64,000 nt of DNA from assembly GCA_963789955.1 (NCBI GenBank), contig CAWBMV010000034.1, positions 800,001 to 864,000 on the forward strand, read 5' to 3'. The stretch is from an uncultured Candidatus Rokubacteria bacterium. GTDB lineage: Bacteria; Methylomirabilota; Methylomirabilia; Rokubacteriales; CSP1-6. Below the pieces are notes generated by a model, which was not told the DNA's origin, made no database searches, and saw nothing but the letters and a program-made list of their open reading frames with translations. Made by a program: the position numbers and the translations under genes. Of this stretch, positions 42,646 to 53,598 are shown one piece after another. Within the stretch, counting starts at the first letter, position 1. Each line of letters starts with the position of its first letter.

Positions 42646-43671
42646 GTGGACGTCTCGGAGCTCGACTACGATCTGCCGCCCGAGCTGATCGCGCAGGCGC
42701 CCGCGCCGTCGCGGGATGCGTCGCGGCTCCTCGTGATCGACCGCGCGCGCGGCGGCTTCGAGGATCACGTCTTCGCCGAGCTGCCCGACCTGCTCCGACC
42801 GGGCGATTGCCTCGTCGTCAACAACTCACGCGTGATCCCGGCGCGGGTGCTGGCGCGTGACGTCGCCGGACGCGAGGTCGAGCTCCTCTTCATCGAAGCG
42901 ATCGACAGGCACCGCTGGCGGGCGCTCACGCGGCCGGGGCGTCGAAGCCGCGAGGGCGTGGAGCTGGTGGCGGGGAGCTCCCGGCTCCGTATCCTCGGCG
43001 TCGAGGCCGATGGGCCGCGCGTCGTCGAGCCGCTCGACGGCTCCGTCGACGAATTGCTGCGCGTCCACGGCCGGCCGCCGCTGCCTCCCTATATCGCGCG
43101 GTTCGCCGCGCCGACCGCGGAGGATCTCGAGCGCTACCAGACGGTCTACGCCCGACCGCCGGGATCGATCGCGGCGCCGACCGCCGGACTCCACTTCACG
43201 CCGCCTCTGCTCGACGAGATCCAGCGGCGCGGCGTCGAGCTGCACCAGCTGACGCTCCACGTCGGCCCCGGCACGTTTCGCCCGATCAAGACCGACCGGA
43301 TCGAAGACCACGCGCTGCCGGCCGAGCGGATCGTGATTCCGCCGGCCGTCGCCGAAGCGGTGAATCGCGCGCGCGCGGAGCGCCGCCGGGTGATCGCGGT
43401 CGGCACGACCACGGTGCGAGCGCTCGAGAGCGCCGTCGGCGCGGACGGTCGGGTACGTCCGCTCGACGGCGAGGCGCGCCTCTACGTCATGCCGGGTTAC
43501 GAGTTCCGCGCGGTGGATGCGCTGTTGACGAACTTCCACCTGCCGCGCTCGTCACTGCTCGTCATGGTCGCCGCGTTCGCCGGGCGCGAGCTGATCCTGA
43601 AATCCTACGGCCACGCGGTCCGCGCCGGCTATCGCTTCTACTCCTACGGCGACGCGACGTTGATCCAGTGA
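42646..43671 (+). CDS. queA: S-adenosylmethionine:tRNA ribosyltransferase-isomerase
   Basis: DYDLPPELIAQ, PLPPYI, YQTVYA, AAPTAGLHF, TNFHLP, YRFYSYGDA. Confidence 0.96.
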   Translation: MDVSELDYDLPPELIAQAPAPSRDASRLLVIDRARGGFEDHVFAELPDLLRPGDCLVVNNSRVIPARVLARDVAGREVELLFIEAIDRHRWRALTRPGRRSREGVELVAGSSRLRILGVEADGPRVVEPLDGSVDELLRVHGRPPLPPYIARFAAPTAEDLERYQTVYARPPGSIAAPTAGLHFTPPLLDEIQRRGVELHQLTLHVGPGTFRPIKTDRIEDHALPAERIVIPPAVAEAVNRARAERRRVIAVGTTTVRALESAVGADGRVRPLDGEARLYVMPGYEFRAVDALLTNFHLPRSSLLVMVAAFAGRELILKSYGHAVRAGYRFYSYGDATLIQ

Positions 43672-44814
43672 AGTTCGAGCTGCTCGCGACCGACGGCGCC
43701 GCCCGCGCCGGCCGATTGACGACCGCCAACGGCGTGGTCGAGACGCCGATCTTCATGCCGGTCGGCACGCACGCGGCGGTGAAGGCGCTGGGGCCGGACG
43801 ATCTCCGCGCGGCCGGCGCCCAGATCGTGCTCGCCAACACGTACCACCTGTTTCTCAGACCCGGACACGCGCTCGTTCGCGAGCTCGGCGGCCTGCATCG
43901 CTTCATGGGATGGGACGGAGCCATCCTGACCGATTCCGGCGGATTTCAGGTGTTCAGCCTCTCGAAGCTTCGCAAGATCTCCGAGGCCGGTGTCGAGTTC
44001 CGGTCGCCGGTCGACGGGTCGACCCACTTCCTCTCGCCCGAGATCGCCGTGGAGGTCCAGCAGGCGCTGGGCGCCGACATCATCCATCCCCTCGACGAGT
44101 GCCTCGCGTACCCCGTGTCACGCCGGGACGCCGAGCGCTCGCTCGAGCTGACCCTGCGCTGGGCCGCGCGGTCGAGGGCGGCGCACGCGGGACCGGGCCG
44201 GACGAGTCAGGCGATGTTCGGGATCGTGCAGGGCGGAGTCGACGCGGACCTCCGCAGGCAGGCGACACGCGCGACGGTCGATCTCGGCTTCGACGGCTAC
44301 GCGATCGGCGGCATGGCGGTCGGCGAGCCGAAGCCCGCGATGTACGATCTCACCGAGCTCGTCGCGAGCCTGCTCCCGGCGGACCAGCCCCGCTATCTCA
44401 TGGGAGTCGGCAAGCCGGAGGATCTCGTCCACTCGGTGGCGCGCGGCGTGGACATGTTCGACTGCGTGCTGCCCACCCGGAACGCGCGCAACGGCCAGGC
44501 CTTCACGGCCGACGGCCCGCTCACGCTCAAGCAGGCACGGTACACGCGCGATCAGGCGCCGCTCGACGCCGAGTGCGGCTGCTACGCGTGCCGCGGCTTC
44601 TCGCGCGCGTACCTGCGCCATCTCTTCATGGCCGGCGAGCTGCTGTCGCATCGGCTGCTCACGCTCCACAACGTGACGTTCTTTCTCGGGCTCATGCGCG
44701 AGATGCGCGCGGCGATCGTCGGCGGGCGCGTTCGGCGGGTTCCAGGCTCGGTTCTTCGCGCGGTATGCCGCGGCGAACGGCGAGGAATCGGGGGACCCCA
44801 CGCCGTCTCCCTGA
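43668..44814 (+). CDS. tgt: tRNA-guanine(34) transglycosylase (frameshift ~44725)
   Basis: TPIFMPVGT, NTYHL, TDSGGFQ, GIVQGG, DCVLPTR, CGCYAC; shifted tail GAFGGFQARFFARY ends at TGA 44814. Confidence 0.95.
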
Positions 44815-44816
44815 GC

Positions 44817-46211
44817 TCAGGCGCCGCGCCTGCCCATCTTCTGGGCCAGCTCCCGCAACGGGGGCTCGTAGGCTTCGCTGAACGTCGGGAAGGCGTGGAC
44901 GACGTCCGTCAAGACCTCGATCGGGATCTCCGCGCGGATCGCCAGCACGGCCTCGCCGATCCATTCCTCCGCGTGAGGTCCGATCGCGGCGGCTCCGAGT
45001 AACGTGCGGCGCGGCCGGTCTCCGACGAGGACCAGCCGTCCCGACTTCGATCCGGTCGCGCTCGCGCGCGCCGTGTGACGCACCTCCATCGACGCGCTGA
45101 TCGCGTCGTGGCCACGCTCGCGCGCCTTCTCCAGCGAGAGGCCCACGCACGCCACCGACGGCTCCGTGTACACGCCGCGCGGGATGGCCCGGTGATTCGC
45201 GTGGGCCTCGCCCCCCAACAGGTTCGCCGCGATGATTCGTCCGTGATAGTTGGCGGTGTGCGTATATCCGGCGATGCCGGTGATGTCGCCCGCCGCCCAC
45301 ACGTGCTCTTGCCCGCGCACACGACAGCGGTCGTCGATCTGAAGAAAGCCGTCGCGGCCGGGATGGATGTTCAGGGTTGCCAGGCCCAGCCCGTTCAGCT
45401 GCGGTTCCTGCCCGATCGCGACGATGAGCCGTTCGGCCGTCAGCCGTGTCCCATCCTCCAGCACGAGACAGGCCGTGCCGGCTCGCATCTCCGCCCGCAC
45501 GGCTTTGCTGTTCAAGCGGACGTCGATGCCTTCCTCGCGAAAAACGTCGGCGAGCGTCTCGCCCACGGCCGGCTCCTCGGCCGAGATCAGGCGTGCCGCT
45601 TGCTGGACGATCGTGACGCGCGCGCCGAATCGCGCCAGAACTTGCGCGATCTCGCATCCCACCGGTCCACCACCGAGCACGAGCGCCGACCCGGGAAGCT
45701 CCGACGTGGTGAAGACATCTTCGCTCGTCCACACCGATGCCCGATCGAGCCCGTCGACGTCGGGAATCTCGGCGACGGTGCCGACCGACACGACCAGATC
45801 GGTCCAGCCGATGACGTGCCCGTTGACCTCGAGAGCTCCGGGTCGCACGACGCGGCCGCGGCCGCGGTGAACGGCGATGCCGAGCGAGCGAAGCTCGCGC
45901 TCCCGACCGGAGTCGTCCAGCCGATCCGCGATCTCGTGACGCCGGGCCGCCGCGGCGCGATAGGCGGCACGCGCATCGTCCAGCGTGAGCGGCCCGCTCA
46001 CCGCGCCGTCGGTGTGAGCGGTGCCGATCCGGTGCCGGATCTCGGCCGAGTGCAGCATCGCCTTGCTGGGCATGCAGGCGAAGTACGGACATTCCCCGCC
46101 GAGCAGCTTCTGCTCGACGACGGCGACCGATTTGCCGCCACGCGCGAGGGTCGTCGCCACCGTTTCGCCCGCGGAGCCGACACCCAGCACCACGACGTCG
46201 TACGTTTCCAT
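44817..46211 (-). CDS. Class I pyridine nucleotide-disulfide oxidoreductase (Lpd/MerA-like)
   Basis: GVGSAG, GGECPYFACMPSK redox pair, GGGPVGCE, AAGD, HAFPTFSE. Confidence 0.9.
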   Translation of the reverse strand: METYDVVVLGVGSAGETVATTLARGGKSVAVVEQKLLGGECPYFACMPSKAMLHSAEIRHRIGTAHTDGAVSGPLTLDDARAAYRAAAARRHEIADRLDDSGRERELRSLGIAVHRGRGRVVRPGALEVNGHVIGWTDLVVSVGTVAEIPDVDGLDRASVWTSEDVFTTSELPGSALVLGGGPVGCEIAQVLARFGARVTIVQQAARLISAEEPAVGETLADVFREEGIDVRLNSKAVRAEMRAGTACLVLEDGTRLTAERLIVAIGQEPQLNGLGLATLNIHPGRDGFLQIDDRCRVRGQEHVWAAGDITGIAGYTHTANYHGRIIAANLLGGEAHANHRAIPRGVYTEPSVACVGLSLEKARERGHDAISASMEVRHTARASATGSKSGRLVLVGDRPRRTLLGAAAIGPHAEEWIGEAVLAIRAEIPIEVLTDVVHAFPTFSEAYEPPLRELAQKMGRRGA

Positions 46212-46336
46212 GGGGCCGCACCTTTCCTCGGAAGTGGGCGATTGCCCGATGTTTCTGGACCGACCTTTGTCTATGCAGTATCATCCGTTGATGTTTTGCG
46301 CGACTGATCGTCTTGACCGCGGAGGCCTCGGACTCG

Positions 46337-46669
46337 ATGCTCTTCCCTGATCTCGCGTACGCCGCCGGATCGGCGCCGGGCGGCGGCTCTCAGAGCATGC
46401 TGCCCACGATCGTGATGATCGCCTCGATGCTCGCGATCTTTTACTTCCTGCTGCTGCGTCCGCAGCAGAAGCAGAAGCAGGAACGCGAGCAGATGCTCTC
46501 GTCGATCAAGCGCGGCGACCGCATCGTGACCACGGGCGGCCTTCACGGTACCGTGACCGGCCTCAGCGAGCACACCGTCACCCTGCGGGTCGCTGACCAG
46601 GTCAAGCTCGAGTTCGACCGCTCCGCCATCGGCCGCGTGACGGCAGGGCAGGGCGAGAAGGATGCCTAG
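46337..46669 (+). CDS. yajC: Preprotein translocase subunit YajC
   Basis: FYFLLLRPQQK, GDRIVTTGGLHGTV, FDRSAI. Confidence 0.95.
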   Translation: MLFPDLAYAAGSAPGGGSQSMLPTIVMIASMLAIFYFLLLRPQQKQKQEREQMLSSIKRGDRIVTTGGLHGTVTGLSEHTVTLRVADQVKLEFDRSAIGRVTAGQGEKDA

Positions 46670-48218
46670 GCACCTCCGGGTACGTGTCGGGCTGGTCGTC
46701 ACCGTCGTCGCCCTCTCCCTCTGGTACCTCTACCCGCCGAAGAGCGCGATCAACCTCGGACTCGACCTGCAGGGCGGCATCCATCTCATGCTCGGGGTCG
46801 AGGCCGACCGGCACGTCGCGAGCCAGACCGACCGCGCCGCCGAGGACCTCAAGAGCGCGCTCGAGCGCAAGGGGATCGCCGTCAAGCGGGTGGTGCGCGA
46901 GGGGAACACGGCGATCCTGGTCGAGCTGGCCAACCCGCAGTCGTGGAACGACGCCCGGACCGTGGTGGCGGAGTTCGGAACCTTCGAGCGGCGTGACGAC
47001 GATCAGACGGCGGGTCGGTTCCGCCTCGTGATGACCGATAGCCGGGTCCGCCAGCTGCGCGACGACGCCATCCGTCAGGGGCTCGAGACGATTCGCAACC
47101 GTATCGATCAGTTCGGCGTGAGCGAGCCCACGATCACGCGGCAGGGCGCGGATCAGATCCTGATCCAGCTGCCGGGCGTGCAGGACCCGGGGCGCGCCAA
47201 GGCGCTCATCGGCAAGACCGCGCTGCTCGAATTCAAGCTCCTCGACGAGCGGACGCCGATCGACCAGGCGCTGGCCGGCCATCTCCCGGAGACCTCGGAG
47301 GTTCTCTACGGGAGAGACATCGACAAGCAGACGAAGGCCGAGCGCAAGATCCCGTACGTCGTCCAGAAGCGCAGCCTGCTCACCGGCGCCGAGCTGACGC
47401 GCGCCGAGGTGTCGGCCGACCCGAATTCGATGGGCAACTGGCAGGTCGCGATCGAGTTCACGTCGACCGGCACGCGGATCTTCGGCGAGGTCACGGAGCA
47501 GAACGTCGGCAAACGGCTGGCGATCATCCTGGACGGCACCGTGTATTCGGCGCCCCGCATCAACGAGCGAATCCCCGGCGGGCGGGCCGTGATCACGGGC
47601 CAGTTCACGGTGGACGACGCCCGCGATCTCGCCATCGTGCTGCGGGCCGGCGCCTTGCCCGCGCCGGTCGTCATCCTCGAAGAGCGCACGGTGGGGCCGT
47701 CGCTCGGCGCCGATTCGATCCGCAAGGGCCTGATCGCCATCGCCGGCTCGGCGATCGTCGTGTTCATCTTCATGCTGGTCTATTACCGGCTCTCCGGGCT
47801 CGTGGCCGACGTGGCGCTCGGCCTCAATCTCTTGATTCTCTTCGCCTGCATGGCCGCCATCCGGGCGACGTTGACCTTGCCCGGTCTGGCCGGCATCGCG
47901 CTCACGATCGGCATGGCCGTCGACACGAACATCCTGATCTTCGAGCGAATCCGGGAAGAGATGCGGGTCGGGAAGACCCCGCGCGCCGCGATCGAGGCCG
48001 GGTTCCGGCGGGCGCTGCGCACGATCGTCGACACGCACCTCACGGTCATGGGAACCGCGGTCATCCTCCTGTCGTTCGGCACCAGCTCGGTCAAGGGCTT
48101 CGGCGTGTCGTTGTTCATCGGTCTCGGCGCGAGCCTGTTCACGGCGTACTTCTTCACGCGCCTCCTCTTCGACCTCATCTACATGGGCCGGCGGAAGGTG
48201 GAGTCGATCTCGATATGA
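46662..48218 (+). CDS. secD: Protein translocase subunit SecD
   Basis: NLGLDLQGG, RIDQFGVSEP, LRAGALPAP, VGPSLG, GMAVDTNILIFERIREE. Confidence 0.96.
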   Translation: MPRHLRVRVGLVVTVVALSLWYLYPPKSAINLGLDLQGGIHLMLGVEADRHVASQTDRAAEDLKSALERKGIAVKRVVREGNTAILVELANPQSWNDARTVVAEFGTFERRDDDQTAGRFRLVMTDSRVRQLRDDAIRQGLETIRNRIDQFGVSEPTITRQGADQILIQLPGVQDPGRAKALIGKTALLEFKLLDERTPIDQALAGHLPETSEVLYGRDIDKQTKAERKIPYVVQKRSLLTGAELTRAEVSADPNSMGNWQVAIEFTSTGTRIFGEVTEQNVGKRLAIILDGTVYSAPRINERIPGGRAVITGQFTVDDARDLAIVLRAGALPAPVVILEERTVGPSLGADSIRKGLIAIAGSAIVVFIFMLVYYRLSGLVADVALGLNLLILFACMAAIRATLTLPGLAGIALTIGMAVDTNILIFERIREEMRVGKTPRAAIEAGFRRALRTIVDTHLTVMGTAVILLSFGTSSVKGFGVSLFIGLGASLFTAYFFTRLLFDLIYMGRRKVESISI

Positions 48219-49153
48219 TCGAGCTCTTCAAGAATCCGAACTACGACTTCATCGGCAAGCGGAAGTGGGCGTATATCGTCTCGATCGCCTTGACCCTGAT
48301 CGGCCTGAGCTCGCTCGCCGTCAAGGGCGGGCTGCGCTACGACATCGACTTCACCGGCGGCACCTTGATCCAGGTGCGCTTCGAGCAGCCGCCCACGATC
48401 GCCAAGATCCGGGCCAGTCTCGGCACGATCCATCTCGGCGAGAGCATCATTCAGCAGTTCGGCGACGCGAATGAGTTCATCATCCGGCTGCCGCTGGTCG
48501 AGGTCGGCTCGGAGGAAATTTCCAAGCGCGTTCAGGGCGCGCTCAGCGCCGACCCGTCGCTCGGCAAGTTCGAGATCCGGCGCGTCGAGTTCGTCGGGCC
48601 CCAGGTCGGCCGCGAGCTGCAGCTCCAGGCCGTCTACCTGGTGCTGGCCGGCCTCGTCTGGATCGCCATCTACCTGGCGTTCCGGTTCGACCTGCGCGGC
48701 GGGGTCGCCGCCGTCGTCGCCGTCTTGCACGACGTCATCGTCTGTCTCGGCGCCCTCTCGCTCACCAATCGCGAGTTCTCGCTGCCGGTGCTGGCGGCGC
48801 TCCTGACGATCATCGGCTATTCGGTCAACGACACGATCGTCGCCTACGACCGGCTCAGGGAGAACCGGGGCAGGACCGCCCCGAAGGGGCGCACGTTCGC
48901 CCAGCAGATGAACGACGCGGTCAACCAGACTCTGTCGCGAACCATCCTGACCTCGCTCACGACCTTCTTCTCGGCGGCCGTCCTGCTCTTCTTCGGGGGC
49001 AAGACCCTCGAGGATTTCGCCTTCGTCCTCTTCGTCGGCGTCATCACCGGGACCTATTCCACGACCTACGTGGCCGCCGCACTCGTCGTCGACTGGACGA
49101 ACCACGTCGAAGGACGGCTGCGGCGAGGGAAGAAAGCGGTGGCAAAAGCCTGA
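48215..49153 (+). CDS. secF: Protein translocase subunit SecF
   Basis: IDFTGGT, VGPQVG, GYSVNDTIVAYDRLREN, TLSRTILTS. Confidence 0.96.
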   Translation: MIELFKNPNYDFIGKRKWAYIVSIALTLIGLSSLAVKGGLRYDIDFTGGTLIQVRFEQPPTIAKIRASLGTIHLGESIIQQFGDANEFIIRLPLVEVGSEEISKRVQGALSADPSLGKFEIRRVEFVGPQVGRELQLQAVYLVLAGLVWIAIYLAFRFDLRGGVAAVVAVLHDVIVCLGALSLTNREFSLPVLAALLTIIGYSVNDTIVAYDRLRENRGRTAPKGRTFAQQMNDAVNQTLSRTILTSLTTFFSAAVLLFFGGKTLEDFAFVLFVGVITGTYSTTYVAAALVVDWTNHVEGRLRRGKKAVAKA

Positions 49154-49195
49154 CCAGCGTGTCAAACTAATTGGTCAACCAGGGGTTTTGGCTCC

Positions 49196-51337
49196 GTGAC
49201 CCAACTAGAGACGCTGATCGAGGAGATTCCGAAGTATCAGCCGGGCGCTGATCTCGATGTTCTCGAGCGCGCCTATCGGTTCTCGGCCGCCTCCCATCAG
49301 GGCCAGCAGCGCGCCTCCGGTGAGCCGTATCTAAGCCATCCGCTTGAGGTTGCCAACCTCCTGGTCGACTTCAAGATGGACGTCACCACCGTGACGGCCG
49401 GCCTCCTGCACGACGTGCTCGAGGACACCACCGCGACCAAGGCCGACCTCGAGCGCGAGTTCGGCGGGGAGATCGCGGAGCTGGTCGACGGCGTCACCAA
49501 GATCGGCAAGCTCGCCTTCTCCTCGCGTGAAGAGCGCCAGGCCGAGAATTTCCGGAAGATGCTGGTCGCGATGGCGCGCGACCTGCGCGTGCTGATGATC
49601 AAGCTCGCCGACCGGCTGCACAACATGCGCACGCTGGACTACCTGCCGGCCGACCGGGCCAAGAAGATCGCGCAGGAGACCCTCGACATCTACGCGCCGC
49701 TGGCCCACCGGCTCGGCATGGCCAAGGTGAAGGCCGAGCTCGAGGACCTGGGGCTCCGCACCCTGAACCCGACCGACTACGTCGATTTGCAAAAGCGCGT
49801 CGCCAAGCGCCGCCTCGAGCGCGAGGCGGACATCAACCAGGTGATCGCCATCCTCCAGCGAAAGCTCTCCGAGGTCGGGATCGATTCGCAGATCCGCGGC
49901 CGGCCCAAGCACTTCTATTCGATCTGGAAGAAGATGCACGACCAGGGCCGCGAGTTCGACGAGATCTACGACCTGACGGCCGTCCGCGTCATCACCGCGT
50001 CGGTCCGCGACTGCTACGGCGCGCTCGGCGTCATCCACTCGCTCTGGAAGCCGGTCCCCGGACGCTTCAAAGACTTCATCGCGATGCCCAAGGTCAACAT
50101 GTACCAGTCGCTCCACACGACGGTGATCGGGCCCAAGGGCGATCCGGTGGAGATCCAGATCCGCACCCGCGAGATGCACCGCATCGCCGAGGAAGGTATC
50201 GCGGCGCACTGGCTCTACAAGGAGCGCAAGGCCGGCAAGGACAAGCTCGACGAGTCGCTCGTGTGGCTGCGCCAGCTGATCGAGACGCAGCAGGACACGA
50301 AAGATCCGCGCGAGTTCATGGACACCGTGCGGGTCGATCTGTTCCCGGACGAGGTGTACGTCTTCACGCCCAAGGGCGACGTGAAGGCGCTGCCGGAGGG
50401 CGCCACGCCGCTCGACTTCGCCTACGCGGTCCACACGAAGGTCGGCGAGCACTGCGTCGGCGCCAAGGTGAACGCCAAGCTCGTCCCGCTGCGGTTCACG
50501 CTGCGCCAGGGCGACATCGTCGAGATCGTGACCTCGCCGAACCAGCACCCGAGCCGCGACTGGCTGAAGATCGTCAAGTCGACCCGGGCGCGGGCCAAGA
50601 TCAATCAGTGGCTCAAGGTCGAGGAGCGCGCCCGCTCGATCGAGCTCGGCCGCGAGATGTTCGAGCGCGAGGCCCGGAAGTATCGTCTCAATCCCACGGC
50701 GCTGCTGGGCGGTGAGGAGATCAAGAAGGCGGCGGCCGACTTCGGCTTCGCCGGGCCCGACGATCTCATGGCGGCGCTCGGCTACGGCAAGAGCTCGGTG
50801 CATCAGGTGCTGAACAAGATCGCGCCCAACGCGCTGCTCGAGTCGCCGGAGAAGCCGAAGGCAGCGGCGACCCGGCCGGCGCCGGTCGACGGCGTGCGCA
50901 TTCGCGGCGTCGACGACTTGCTCGTGCGGTTCGCGCGCTGCTGCAACCCGCTGCCGGGCGATCCGATCGTCGGCTTCATCACGCGCGGCCGCGGCCTCAC
51001 GGTGCACGCGCGCGACTGCCTGACCGTGGCCAAGAGCGTGCTCGACCGGGAGCGTCTCATCGACGTCGAGTGGGACGTCGAGGAGCCCGGCAAGCGGCCC
51101 GTCCGGATCGCCGTCTACATCGGCAAGGACCGGCCCGGCCTGCTCTCCGAGATCACCGGCGCCATCTCGGCCCGCAACGGCAACATCACGAAGGCCGAGG
51201 TGACGGTGACCGACGACCGGCGCGGGATCAACAACTTCGTCGTCGAGGTCGCCGATCTGCGCCAGCTCCAGGACATCATCGCCGCCATCCGCGATGTCAG
51301 AGACGTCATCAACGTCGAGCGTGTCCGGGGGCTCTAG
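49196..51337 (+). CDS. rel: Bifunctional (p)ppGpp synthetase/hydrolase (Rel/SpoT)
   Basis: Intact HD motif LLHDVLED, KLADRLHNMRT, RFKD, YQSLHTT, TGS, CC and ACT domains. Confidence 0.96.
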   Translation: MTQLETLIEEIPKYQPGADLDVLERAYRFSAASHQGQQRASGEPYLSHPLEVANLLVDFKMDVTTVTAGLLHDVLEDTTATKADLEREFGGEIAELVDGVTKIGKLAFSSREERQAENFRKMLVAMARDLRVLMIKLADRLHNMRTLDYLPADRAKKIAQETLDIYAPLAHRLGMAKVKAELEDLGLRTLNPTDYVDLQKRVAKRRLEREADINQVIAILQRKLSEVGIDSQIRGRPKHFYSIWKKMHDQGREFDEIYDLTAVRVITASVRDCYGALGVIHSLWKPVPGRFKDFIAMPKVNMYQSLHTTVIGPKGDPVEIQIRTREMHRIAEEGIAAHWLYKERKAGKDKLDESLVWLRQLIETQQDTKDPREFMDTVRVDLFPDEVYVFTPKGDVKALPEGATPLDFAYAVHTKVGEHCVGAKVNAKLVPLRFTLRQGDIVEIVTSPNQHPSRDWLKIVKSTRARAKINQWLKVEERARSIELGREMFEREARKYRLNPTALLGGEEIKKAAADFGFAGPDDLMAALGYGKSSVHQVLNKIAPNALLESPEKPKAAATRPAPVDGVRIRGVDDLLVRFARCCNPLPGDPIVGFITRGRGLTVHARDCLTVAKSVLDRERLIDVEWDVEEPGKRPVRIAVYIGKDRPGLLSEITGAISARNGNITKAEVTVTDDRRGINNFVVEVADLRQLQDIIAAIRDVRDVINVERVRGL

Positions 51338-51405
51338 GTGCCGGCCCCGGCGTCGGCCGGCTCGCCGCCGGCCGGCTGTCGTCGATTCACCGGCGCACTG
51401 ACTCG

Positions 51406-51780
51406 ATGAACCGGCGGCGATTCGAGACGCTGGTCGAGAAGGCCATGCGTCGCCTGCCCAAGCGATTCAAGGACAAGATCGCCAACATCGCCGTCGTCGT
51501 CGAAGACTGGGCCGACGACGAAACGCTCGCCGACGTCGGAGTCGAGCCACCCGAGACGCTCTACGGCCTCTACCGCGGCATCGATCTCACGCGCCGCGAC
51601 TCGAGCTACGGCAACGTCTTGCCCGACACGATCCACATCTATCAAGGACCGATCGAGGAAGATTGCGCCGACGAGGCCGACATGGAAGAGCTGATCCGTG
51701 AGACGGTCATCCACGAGCTCGGCCACTACTTCGGCCTCGACGACGACACCATGGAGCGCATTGAGGGCTCCGAGCAGTAA
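51406..51780 (+). CDS. Minimal zincin metallopeptidase family protein (DUF1025-like)
   Basis: LYGLYRG, PDTIHIYQGPI, TVIHELGHYFG. Confidence 0.88.
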   Translation: MNRRRFETLVEKAMRRLPKRFKDKIANIAVVVEDWADDETLADVGVEPPETLYGLYRGIDLTRRDSSYGNVLPDTIHIYQGPIEEDCADEADMEELIRETVIHELGHYFGLDDDTMERIEGSEQ

Positions 51781-53481
51781 GGAGCCGCTGGCGCGGCAGA
51801 GGAGCGGCCAGAGCCTCGTCGAGGCGCTCGCGGCGGCCGCCCCTCGTTACTCTCCCGACGATCGACCGCGCAAGGTCGATGCTCCTGGAGGAGCTCGACG
51901 GCGCCATCGTCCGCGACGCGCGAACGCTTCTTCGCCTGCACGAGACCCTGTGCTTTCTGCAGGCGTACCCCGACGACGCCAAGATTCTCGAGCTGGTCGA
52001 TCGCGCGCTGGAAACGTTCGCGGCCCGGGTCGATCGACTCGGGCCCGCCGCGCGCCGGCGGCTCCACGATTCCGGCGTCGCCCACAGCACGCTCGATTAC
52101 CCCTTCGGCTTTCCGATGGCCCGCTGGCTCGCCGCGCGATTCCCGCGCGAGACCGAGGTGGCCTGGGCCGCGTTCGTAGACGCCGACCGGCTGGACGAGA
52201 CGCTCTCGCTGCTCGCGACCACGGCGGAAGGCGACGCCTTCAGCGAAGGCGGGATGGGGTGGCGGCAGTGGATTCGCGTCGCCAAAGGCGATCGCCGTCT
52301 CAGCGACGTGCAGCTGATCCTGGAATTGTTCGAGCGCGCGCGGCTGCCCGAGGAGACGCGCGACTGGCTCTTCGAGAGCCTCGGTCTGCCGATCCTCTGG
52401 CGGACGCGGGGCGCGGGCGGCTCGAGGACACTCGCGCGGGTCCCGGCGGGCTCCACGTTCTTCCACGCCGGCGCGCTCGAGCGCGGCGACGTCGATCTCG
52501 TCGAGGCGATTCGGGAGCCGCTGCCTCTCAGACGAGCGCCACGGCCGCTCGCCGAGACGATGATCGACGCCGCGCGTCTGGCGATGGCCACGCGCCAGCG
52601 GGAGCTCCACGCGTTCGCGTACCCGAATCCGGACGACGTGCTGGTGGCGGACGCGGGCCGCGGCCTCCGGCTCGTGTTCATCGGCATCGAGCCGGACTTC
52701 CGGCTGCCGCTCGAGGGTTACTACGGCTTCCTGGCGCTGAAGAACGGCGTGCCGGTGAGCTACGGCGGCGGGTGGGAGCTCTTCGGCGCGCTCGACTTCG
52801 CCATCAACATCTTCGCGTCGTTTCGTCAGGGCGAGTCGCCGTACCTGGCGACCCAGCTTCTGCGCGCGTACCGGTTCATCTTCGGCATGCGCACGGTGGT
52901 GATCGACCGCTACCAGCTCGGCCACGAGAGCACCGAAGCGCTGCGCTCGGGCTCGTTCTACTTCTATCATCGGCTCGGTTTCCGCCCACGCGACCCCGGC
53001 GTCGTACGCACGCTCGCCGAGGAGCGGGCGAAGATCGTCGCCGATCCCGCCTACCGCTCGCCGATTCCGGCCCTGAAACGGCTCGCCGCGGCTGAAGTCT
53101 TCCTGACACTCGCCGGCGGTCATCCAGCGCCCGAGGATCGCCTGCGCGCAACGGACGTTTCGGCGCTCGTCGCGCGCTACGTCGCACGCGAGTTTGGCGG
53201 CGACCGCGCCCGGGCCACACGCGACTCGGCTGAGCGTGTCGCGCATACGCTCGGCGCGCGACGGCGCAACACCTGGCCGCCCGGCGAGCGTCGCGCCTTC
53301 GAGCGCATGTCGCTCGTCGCCGCGCTCATTCCGGATCTTTCGGCCTGGTCGCTCGCCGAGCGCCGTGCCCTGCTCGCGGTCATGCGCGCCAAGGGAGGCG
53401 GGACCGAGATGGCCTACGCGCGACGGCTCGATGGGCATGGCCGCCTGCGTCGAAGCCTCGAAGCTGCTCGCGCGCGCGTAG
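51761..53481 (+). CDS. Conserved-looking hypothetical protein with a possible GNAT-like C-terminal region (frameshifts near both ends)
   Basis: Long ORF 51879 onward with LRLHETLCFLQAYPDD, LKNGVPVSYGGG and GSFYFYHRLGFRP; probable true stop KLLARA-TAG at 53481. Confidence 0.6.
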
Positions 53482-53532
53482 CCTCTCCATATCACTGGCC
53501 CGGTGTTCTAGCTCCGGCCTGTAAGTTTTCGC

Positions 53533-53579
53533 TTGACAGGCACTTTCAATACTCCGTATGGTTTCAGCAGATGCTGAAA
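53533..53579 (+). promoter_or_regulatory. Promoter plus palindromic operator of the AbiEi-like gene
   Basis: TTGACA-18nt-TATGGT, overlapped by the perfect inverted repeat TTTCAGCA-GA-TGCTGAAA (53562-53579). Confidence 0.7.
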
Positions 53580-53598
53580 TGTTCGGAGCAAGAGAAAG

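Noticed and set aside
44815..45002. Extended Tgt C-terminus overlapping the oxidoreductase
   Set aside because: A frameshift near 44725 explains it; the corrected frame stops at 44814
44817..46211. Mercuric reductase merA
   Set aside because: No C-terminal Cys-Cys pair, no NmerA domain and no mer genes nearby
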